In this document: in pieces, positions 24,505 through 31,212 of the stretch
How positions within the stretch are numbered: position 1 is the stretch's first letter
Layout: each line of letters starts with the position of its first letter
Source: Methanococcus maripaludis
GTDB lineage: Archaea; AGJL01; Methanococci; Methanococcales; Methanococcaceae
Direction: 5' to 3'
Length of the DNA: 32,000 bases
NCBI RefSeq assembly: GCF_002945325.1
Contig: NZ_CP026606.1
Location: forward strand, 480,001-512,000
Position numbers and translations under genes: made by a program
The notes under the pieces: model-generated
Told to the model about the DNA's origin: nothing
Database searches by the model: none
Seen by the model: the letters and a program-made list of their open reading frames with translations, nothing else

Positions 24505-24687
24505 ATGCCAGACACTAAAAAACAAGATCCAAAAAAGCAGCAACAGCAACAAGCTCAGCAAAAGCAGGGTCAACAGCAACAAAAACAAGACCAACCGCAA
24601 CAAAAGCAAGCTCAAGCTCAGCAAAAACAGGGTCCTCAGCAACAAAAGCAAGCTCAAGCTCAGCAAAAACAGCAACATAAAAAATAA
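24505..24687 (+). CDS. Q/K-rich low-complexity mini-protein, 60 aa (MPDTKKQDPKKQQQQQAQQKQGQQQQKQ...QQHKK)
   Basis: ATG at 24505 follows GAGGGGTG. Paralogous termini shared with the next gene. The track's 18-aa extension has no RBS. Confidence 0.55.
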   Translation: MPDTKKQDPKKQQQQQAQQKQGQQQQKQDQPQQKQAQAQQKQGPQQQKQAQAQQKQQHKK

Positions 24688-24779
24688 GGTTTTTTTTAAC
24701 CCAAAAAACCTTAAAATGAACGATTAATAACTAATAACCCACTCTTTTTTCACTTTTCAAAATATTGAAAGGGGTATTT

Positions 24780-24947
24780 ATGCCAAACATAAAACAGGAA
24801 GAACAAAAAGAGCGCAATCAACAAAAAATAGCCGAATATCAACGAGAAGTTGGCCCACAAAAGCAGAAAAAACAGGAAAATCAAGATGTGCAGAAAGAAA
24901 TTCGAAAAAAACAGGCACATCAGAAAAAACATCAACATAAAAGATAA
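24780..24947 (+). CDS. Q/K/E-rich mini-protein, 55 aa (MPNIKQEEQKERNQQK...HQHKR)
   Basis: ATG at 24780 follows AAGGGGT. Same MP(D/N)xK start and QxHK(K/R) end as 24505-24687. Confidence 0.55.
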   Translation: MPNIKQEEQKERNQQKIAEYQREVGPQKQKKQENQDVQKEIRKKQAHQKKHQHKR

Positions 24948-24987
24948 AGTCTGTTAAATTCCGTAAGAATAATCAATTAACTACTTT

Positions 24988-25302
24988 TTAGTTTTTTATA
25001 AACTTTATAACTCTATCCATGAGACTTTTTTGATAAGATTCAATAGTTTGTATTCCATGATCTGTTATTTTAAGAGAAATTGAATAATTAAAATGTACTT
25101 TATCCATTTGTTTTTCAAGTAACTCCCCCTGTATTTGAATTAAATTCATTTTCGAGAGTTTTTTTAAATTTCTAATTAATTTATCTTCACCGTCTTCTTT
25201 AAAATAATTTATAAGATTTCTAAATTTGAATACGGGAGATTTTTCTGTTTTATAAATGAAATAAGCATAATTCAAGATATTTTTTTGGATTTGCTTTTCC
25301 AT
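24988..25302 (-). CDS. Small protein, possible winged-helix DNA-binding protein
   Basis: Helix-rich, with LIRNLKKLSKMNLIQI then SISLKITDHGIQ (wing-like). Lies downstream of the WYL gene on the same strand. Confidence 0.35.
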   Translation of the reverse strand: MEKQIQKNILNYAYFIYKTEKSPVFKFRNLINYFKEDGEDKLIRNLKKLSKMNLIQIQGELLEKQMDKVHFNYSISLKITDHGIQTIESYQKSLMDRVIKFIKN

Positions 25303-25364
25303 ATTTTCTTCCCCGGATCAGTTCAAATAACAGCTATAAAAATTTAAAAACTAAATGGGATTTT

Positions 25365-25655
25365 TTAAACCTGCATTATTATTTTATCAATATAAAACTG
25401 GTTTTTTTCAAAATCTTTTTTAGATTCAAAAGATTTGTTCATCATAATTAAATCTTTGATATTTGGAATTGAATAAAACTTCCAATCAGGCCGATTTCTT
25501 GACTCAAAGGCCCATGTCTGAAATGCTTTTAAGATCCATTTTCCAGTATTGGTTATTACAATCATGTGCGGTTCAACTACTCTTGGCAGACCTTCGTACT
25601 GAAAAGTAACTGTTTTTTTACTTTTTATTGCCGTTTTTAATGTATTTATGACCAT
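25365..25655 (-). CDS. Stand-alone WYL-domain protein
   Basis: TVTFQYEGLPRVVEPHMIVITNTGKWILKAFQ...DWKFYSIPNIKDLIMMNKSF follows the WYL/Sm-like beta-barrel pattern (xYxGxxRxVEP...G.W.L.A.Q...W+xFxxxxIxxL....F). Strong SD GAGGGGGT. Confidence 0.55.
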   Translation of the reverse strand: MVINTLKTAIKSKKTVTFQYEGLPRVVEPHMIVITNTGKWILKAFQTWAFESRNRPDWKFYSIPNIKDLIMMNKSFESKKDFEKNQFYIDKIIMQV

Positions 25656-25969
25656 TTAAACCCCCTCAATTAAAATGGTTCTATACCTTAGTAATATAAA
25701 TTTTAAAAATAGCCTTATTAAACTTTTTAGGTAGTCAAAACCAATATGCGGGGTTAAATTGAAATAATCTCGTAAAAAAGAACTTAAAAGGATTTTTAAA
25801 AATTGGAGCAAATTAAATACATTTTAGAATTTAAAATGCTCCAAGAGGTCTGAAAAAGCCATTTTTAAATCTGTTCAATTCGGGTCTGAAGAAATTATTT
25901 CTTCAGCAGTATAATTTCTAAAAATTGCAATATTAATACATTTTCTTCACATATTTAATCAACTTAAAA

Positions 25970-26037
25970 AGAGCAATTTGAGCTAAGAATTATTAAAATT
26001 AAAATGATAAGGTTATTTTAAAATTTATTTAAGTTAG
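25970..26037. repeat. About 70-nt intergenic repeat, copy 2 (3' flank of and overlapping the stop of the DUF2254-like gene)
   Basis: See 15549-15617. Confidence 0.7.
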
Positions 26038-27745
26038 AATGTATCTTTTCAATTCTTTCCATTTTCTCTTCATATTTATTTTTTCTAACCCATTTTTTAA
26101 AATTTCCATCAAAAAGATTATTGGTATTTAGATGGTGAATACTTTTCAAAATAGAATATAATGAGCCAGTATAGTTTTTAGATTCGAGTAAATCTATTAA
26201 TTTAGAAAAAGAATTAGCTATTAACTTATGCTCTTTTTCAAAAAGATAAACTAAGCCAATTTTATAATCAAAACCTTTTGTAATTATTATTTCCCTGTAA
26301 AAATTCAATAAATATTCAATTAAGTATTTTACCTCGTTTTCATTTTCGCTTTCTTCGATTATTTTGAATGTATCTTTATTGATCATTTCTATTAAATCGG
26401 ATATCCAGCGAGATTTTGTATGATGAATCTGAAATCGTGATATTTCATCCAAATTAGAATAAAATTTAACCCATTTAAAAATTAATTCTCTAGAGAGTGC
26501 CCACGAATATGTAAAAATAGACCTTAGATCATCTCCCTCATTATTTGATTTTATTTTTTCAAAGTTGTAAAGTTTGATTTTTAGAAAAGACTGTATTGTC
26601 TGAGAACAGACCCCTGTTATCATTATTTCTGACCCATAATCCCTCATGTCAATTAAACTTCTATTCGGATCATATTTTTCAATTGTATCATACGTTATAT
26701 CATATATGCATTTTAATTGGTAATGTGCAACATGATTTTTATCACTAATGTGTTTATATATCGTTTCAAGTCCTGATATGGCTGAAACTTTAATATCTTC
26801 TTCATAATTCTCAGGATATTTCATAAAACATATTTTTTTAATTAAGTATGTGTACTCTTTTAAGAATCCTTTTAACTCAGAAAATTCGTACTTTTCAAAT
26901 AAATCTTTAAAATACGTTCCAGATAGCAAATCCATACAATTTTTTAAAGCTTTGTACTGTTCCTGTTTTGCAAGAACTTTAAAAATATTTGCAATCATAT
27001 CTACTGAATACGTTTGTATTTCATCTGTTGAATTATATTTTGATTTTGAATTATGATATGAAATAATTTCTTTGGTATCTATTGAAGTCAGAATGCTTTT
27101 TAAAATATTTTCGGGTTTTAATGTATCCATTAAATGTAAAAAATAAGTTGGAATAAGAAATATACTGAAAAACATTAAAAATATTGGTAAAAGGTTTATA
27201 TTTAACCACATATCATTTTCCGAACTTGAAATAACCAGTAATAATCCTACCAATATTAAAAAAGGGGTAGTAACCAAGTAATATTGTACATATCTATCAT
27301 TTTTATATATTTCCCATATTTCTGAACCATAAGTACTTGATGAAAGTTGAACTATCAAAAAGGTAACTGAGATTATTATTGAGGCTAATGTGGCATATAC
27401 CATAGTAATATCCTTAAGATTTGAAACTACACCCTTGGAGTAAATATTTAAAAAAACCAATACATGAATGTTAAATAACAAATTAACTTTATTTTCCGAT
27501 AAAACTGAGTATATATCTTTTATTTTTGTTGTTGTACTCATAATCAGTTCTGAAATTTTGTTATCCATGTTATCGCCCATTTTAGCCCATAATAGTAAAT
27601 AAAATATATTCAAAAGCAGGAAAATTCCAAAAAACTCTGGAATTACCCAAATTCCAAAACCTATGATTAATAAATAGACTATGTAAAACATACTAAAAAA
27701 ACAGATGAAAATAAAAAAATCATTTAGATACTTTTTAAATTCCAT
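26018..27745 (-). CDS. Large membrane protein, DUF2254-like N-terminal region plus helical cytoplasmic domain
   Basis: About 6 TM helices. LASIIISVTFLIVQLSSSTYGSEIW resembles the (V/L)QLASSQ(F/Y)SPR signature I associate with DUF2254. ATG after AAGGTGGAG. Confidence 0.45.
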   Translation of the reverse strand: MEFKKYLNDFFIFICFFSMFYIVYLLIIGFGIWVIPEFFGIFLLLNIFYLLLWAKMGDNMDNKISELIMSTTTKIKDIYSVLSENKVNLLFNIHVLVFLNIYSKGVVSNLKDITMVYATLASIIISVTFLIVQLSSSTYGSEIWEIYKNDRYVQYYLVTTPFLILVGLLLVISSSENDMWLNINLLPIFLMFFSIFLIPTYFLHLMDTLKPENILKSILTSIDTKEIISYHNSKSKYNSTDEIQTYSVDMIANIFKVLAKQEQYKALKNCMDLLSGTYFKDLFEKYEFSELKGFLKEYTYLIKKICFMKYPENYEEDIKVSAISGLETIYKHISDKNHVAHYQLKCIYDITYDTIEKYDPNRSLIDMRDYGSEIMITGVCSQTIQSFLKIKLYNFEKIKSNNEGDDLRSIFTYSWALSRELIFKWVKFYSNLDEISRFQIHHTKSRWISDLIEMINKDTFKIIEESENENEVKYLIEYLLNFYREIIITKGFDYKIGLVYLFEKEHKLIANSFSKLIDLLESKNYTGSLYSILKSIHHLNTNNLFDGNFKKWVRKNKYEEKMERIEKIHSNLNKF

Positions 27746-27836
27746 TTCTCCACCTTTAATTTATTTTACCCCATTAAATAAACTTAAATGTCCAATATTC
27801 GATCAAAATACCTTTAAAATTACTTAAAAATAAAAA

Positions 27837-28115
27837 TTATTTATTTTCCCTTATTTCTTGCTCTAATTCGTACAAATCAATGACTTTTTTTCCGTTTTCA
27901 GTTATGGCGTAGTAAGATTTAGGCATTCTTTTGTTTTCTCTTTCTTCACGTCTTGAAACTAAATTTTTAGACTCCAATTCTCTTAATAGTCTGCTTAAAT
28001 AACTTTTATCAAGCTGAAATTCTTCTTTAAGTTCTGAAAATCCAATTTCATCCCCTTCCTTTAGCCTATACATTAATTCTTTTACGTGCTTTTTTGCAAG
28101 GATACCGAACAGCAT
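27837..28115 (-). CDS. Small winged-helix transcription regulator, diverged paralogue of 18430-18714
   Basis: FSELKEEFQLDKSYLSRLLRELESKNLV plus ENKRMPKSYYAITENG. Roughly 40% identical to the copy-1 regulator by eye. Confidence 0.7.
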   Translation of the reverse strand: MLFGILAKKHVKELMYRLKEGDEIGFSELKEEFQLDKSYLSRLLRELESKNLVSRREERENKRMPKSYYAITENGKKVIDLYELEQEIRENK

Positions 28116-28241
28116 GTTTTAACCTTTATTTTTGAATATGGTAAAATATATGTTGTAGACTCTAAATAACATAGTGGACTTAATTTTAAAATAGTGGACT
28201 AAATCCGTAAACATTAAATAGGTGGATATCCCTTTATTATT

Positions 28242-28334
28242 ATGTGGACTAAATTAGTAAACTATTGTATGAATTAGTATACTAAACTAGTACCACATAA
28301 CCCGCCTGAACAGCACCCCCTCATTTTATTTTTT
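28242..28334 (+). ncRNA. Candidate small hairpin RNA or 5' leader (copy 2)
   Basis: TATA-like CATTAAATA at 28212-28220. 22 nt downstream is the imperfect palindrome ATGTGGACTAAATTAGTA...TACTAAACTAGTACCACAT. This is followed by CCGCCTGAAC and CCCCCTCATTTTATTTTTT. Confidence 0.25.
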
Positions 28335-28346
28335 AAATATAAAGAG

Positions 28347-28503
28347 ATGATGAAGAATCAAAGATGAAAAAACAATTGAAAAACAGGTAAAACCATTCGG
28401 AAACACTGGACACATAACCCTACCTAAAAAACTAGTTGGAAAACAAGTAGAAGTTAAAATTAAAGATGATACAAAAGGTGAAAACAAATGTCAGCAGAAA
28501 TAG
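28347..28503 (+). pseudogene. Frameshifted remnant (or recoded gene) of a small AbrB/SpoVT-like (DUF2080-type) protein
   Basis: ATGATG at 28347 runs into TGA after 6 codons. The +1 frame (28354-28503) reads RIKDEKTIEKQVKPFGNTGHITLPKKLVGKQVEVKIKDD... with no start codon of its own. Absent from module copy 1. Confidence 0.35.
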
Positions 28504-28901
28504 AAGAAAAAGTTTTAAGAAATCTAAAAAGCCACGAAGAATTGAGCGATATATTAAAATCAACACTTTATAAAATGTCCTTAGAAGGATTTGAAGCATT
28601 TGAAGACTACAAAAATTACGCGAATCCAGATTCATTCTCAAACGTTGTTAAAAAAATTGAATGGGTCGAACTGGTTGAAGATGACCGGTTATCAGTTCAT
28701 AAATTGCAAAAAATCAAATTACCTGATTTAACAACAAAAACCACAGAAATTATGTCAGAAGGCAATTTAACAATAGATCAGTTCTTAGTTGGATATATTG
28801 TGCCAGAAGATAAAGTTATTGAAGAAATAAAAAAAGGAAACGAGCTTTATTATGTAAAAGATGCTGATTTATTCTACAAAATCAATGTTGACGAATTTTA
28901 A
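28488..28901 (+). CDS. Conserved 137-aa acidic protein of unknown function, copy 2
   Basis: See 18952-19365. Confidence 0.8.
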   Translation: MSAEIEEKVLRNLKSHEELSDILKSTLYKMSLEGFEAFEDYKNYANPDSFSNVVKKIEWVELVEDDRLSVHKLQKIKLPDLTTKTTEIMSEGNLTIDQFLVGYIVPEDKVIEEIKKGNELYYVKDADLFYKINVDEF

Positions 28902-28935
28902 TTATCAAACTCTTTTTACCGTTTTAATGATATTA

Positions 28936-29340
28936 CTACACACCCAGTTTTGATTTGAGTGCATCAGATCCAAAGTGCGAAACAATGACAATACCTACCA
29001 AATATGTAAAATGGGCCACGATAGTACCTACAAGCTCGGTATCCTGCGTTGGAACTTCTTTGAATATGTAAAATGTAATAACCATCATATATACTGCAAT
29101 CATTGTTCCGGTAATTGCGTCTTTTATTGATTTTGAATCATTGGGATCTTCAGAATAAATCCGTTTAGATATCAAATATAATCCAAAAAATACAACAAGC
29201 GACATCGAACCAAATGCCCAAGAAATACTAACCCGATAATTAAATCCGGTATCAAATGTTGCTAAAAATAACATCAAAACGCTCAAAAAGACCGTTGATA
29301 TGGCTATTAAGAGTATACTTCTCCATTCGTTTAAATTCAC
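28936..29340 (-). CDS. Membrane protein (4 TM)
   Basis: GTG start after GAGGGGA, which overlaps the stop of 29351-29614. Four hydrophobic helices. Confidence 0.6.
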   Translation of the reverse strand: MNLNEWRSILLIAISTVFLSVLMLFLATFDTGFNYRVSISWAFGSMSLVVFFGLYLISKRIYSEDPNDSKSIKDAITGTMIAVYMMVITFYIFKEVPTQDTELVGTIVAHFTYLVGIVIVSHFGSDALKSKLGV

Positions 29341-29350
29341 AAATATCCCC

Positions 29351-29614
29351 TCATCGAATAATCAAATTTTTTCCAAGTGAATTTATAATTTTTATTAAAA
29401 CATCAGACCTCATCTTGTAGCTGTCATCAGTATAAACCCTGTGAACCATTTTTCTGGAAATTTTCGACATTTTATAAAATTTGTATTGTGATTTATCCCC
29501 TATTAAAAAACGGATTGCAGGAAGTAAATCTTCGCTTTTAGACAATATTATTTCAAATTCATCGTTATTTTCGCTGGATTGTTCTTTAGGATTTATATCG
29601 TTCTTTTGGTACAT
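29351..29614 (-). CDS. Small protein, possible Cro/C1-type HTH
   Basis: C-terminal half FYKMSKISRKMVHRVYTDDSYKMRSDVLIKIINSLGKNL has HTH-like spacing. Translationally coupled to the membrane protein. Divergent from the MACPF gene. Confidence 0.35.
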   Translation of the reverse strand: MYQKNDINPKEQSSENNDEFEIILSKSEDLLPAIRFLIGDKSQYKFYKMSKISRKMVHRVYTDDSYKMRSDVLIKIINSLGKNLIIR

Positions 29615-29858
29615 TTATTGGACCCCCGGTGAGTAAACAGGGGTATTTTATTGTTAAAAATATTTATTGTTTAGTCGGAGTTTTTAAGTTATTATTAAAT
29701 TTAAGATTTGGGTTATGCCCTGGTTAAACCAACCATATAATTTTTGAAGATTTAAAATAAAAGATTGCCCTTCCAAACGCAAGTTAAACGTAATCAACAT
29801 CTTTTAAAAAAGAGTTTATGTCGGAAATTAAAAATCAAAAAACCGGCGGAGGGGTTAA

Positions 29859-31202
29859 ATGGCAGACGTTAGTCTATCAAATACTATTGACGAATTACCC
29901 GGGCTTGATGCACTGGGCACTGGTTACGATATTTTTGGCGAATATGCAAATCCAAAAAGCGTAAAATCAAAAATATTTAATCTCGGACCTCAAAAAGAAA
30001 TTGTTGTAGAGGGAAAAACGTTTCTAATTCCCGAAGTCGTAAGATACACAGAAGTAATGCAGGGCGTTTTTGATTCCAGGTTTGGAAAAACGCTGAAAGA
30101 ATATTCTGAAAAATTAAAAGTAAGTACTGGCCTTAAAGGAAATTATGGATTCTTTCAAGGGTCAATTACCGCTTCTTTTGATAAATCAACACTGCAACGA
30201 TCAGAATACGAATATTCTACAGTAAATGATGACGTTAAAAAATGGGTAATTGCACTGCCATCTAAAACCGATTTGAAAGTTAAATCAATGTTGGATTCAA
30301 CGTTCAGTAGAGATTTAAACGGAAAAATGGATCCAGAAACTCTTTTTGACACTTACGGTGCATACTACTTGCATGAAGTTATAGTTGGTGCCAGATGTTC
30401 ATACAACTCGTCAGTGAATAAAAAAACACTTGACCAAAGCGTGAACGTTGAAGTAGCTGCTGAAATGTCTTATAAAAAGTTCGTAAATTCAATTTCAGTA
30501 GACGAAAAAACACAGTATGAAAGTCAGATTAAGGAATTCGATTCAAATTCTTCGACAGGAACCGAAGTTCTCGGCGGAAAACCCGAATATGGTCACTACA
30601 TAAACCAGTCTGGAAATTATGATAAATGGATTGAATCAATAATTGATTATCCCGTATTTTCAGGATTTACAGAAAACAGTTTAGTTCCGATCTGGGAATT
30701 GTGTACTAATGACACTAGAAAAACCGAATTAGAAAATGCATTTCCTGCATATGCTGAGAAAAAAACAATGCCGTACAGTCAGTACTGCATAACTGATCTT
30801 TCAGTAATTGAATCCGATAAAGGAGGTGCTGCCCCACCTTACGGATTTAAAAAAGTTGACATGGACTTAAACAAAGGTGCAGGCGGAAAATATATTTATC
30901 TCTGCTACAAGGAAGGCCTTGACACAACAACACCAATTACCGACATTGTGGTACTCCATGGAAAAAATGCAGATGCTCCTAACGGCTATACAAAAATAAA
31001 CGTGGATTTAAACCATAAAGCCGGTGGAAAATATATCTACCTTGCATATTCAAGACAGACAAATAATAACCCGATAAGAAGCGTTGTTGTTGTCAAAGGT
31101 AAAAACGCAAATGCGCCTTATGGGTATGAAAAAATCGATTACGATTTAAACAAAGGTGCAGGCGGCGAATACCTCTATTTATGCTATTCTAGGTATTTCT
31201 AA
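29859..31202 (+). CDS. MACPF-domain pore-forming protein with three C-terminal MABP (beta-prism) repeats
   Basis: N-terminal LDALGTGYDIFG. MACPF signature spacing YGAYY-LHEVIV-GA (Y-G-x-x-Y-x6-G-x). Three ~45-aa repeats: PPYGFKKVDMDLNKGAGGKYIYLCY / APNGYTKINVDLNHKAGGKYIYLAY / APYGYEKIDYDLNKGAGGEYLYLCY. SD GGAGGGGT. No signal peptide. Confidence 0.8.
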   Translation: MADVSLSNTIDELPGLDALGTGYDIFGEYANPKSVKSKIFNLGPQKEIVVEGKTFLIPEVVRYTEVMQGVFDSRFGKTLKEYSEKLKVSTGLKGNYGFFQGSITASFDKSTLQRSEYEYSTVNDDVKKWVIALPSKTDLKVKSMLDSTFSRDLNGKMDPETLFDTYGAYYLHEVIVGARCSYNSSVNKKTLDQSVNVEVAAEMSYKKFVNSISVDEKTQYESQIKEFDSNSSTGTEVLGGKPEYGHYINQSGNYDKWIESIIDYPVFSGFTENSLVPIWELCTNDTRKTELENAFPAYAEKKTMPYSQYCITDLSVIESDKGGAAPPYGFKKVDMDLNKGAGGKYIYLCYKEGLDTTTPITDIVVLHGKNADAPNGYTKINVDLNHKAGGKYIYLAYSRQTNNNPIRSVVVVKGKNANAPYGYEKIDYDLNKGAGGEYLYLCYSRYF

Positions 31203-31212
31203 GGTGTTAAAC

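Larger units (their letters stand above)
27818..28901. repeat. Module copy 2: wHTH gene (-), divergent control region (with extra AbrB-like remnant), 137-aa gene (+)
   Basis: See 18411-19365. Confidence 0.9.

Noticed and set aside
24750-24938. 62-aa Phe/Leu-rich minus-strand ORF opposite the second Q/K-rich gene
   Set aside because: It is the mirror image of a CAA/AAA-rich sense strand. The + strand frame has an RBS and a paralogue (24505-24687), and the minus frame has neither.
28432-28641. 69-aa minus-strand ORF overlapping the start of the 137-aa gene (copy 2)
   Set aside because: The ORF track reports no equivalent ORF opposite the near-identical copy 1. The substitution pattern between the copies is synonymous in the + frame, which identifies that frame as the coding one.
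18952-28901. Identical 137-aa genes as an assembly duplication or very recent gene conversion
   Set aside because: The copies differ at 23 nucleotide positions spread along the gene, and their flanks differ, so they are genuine, separately evolving paralogues.
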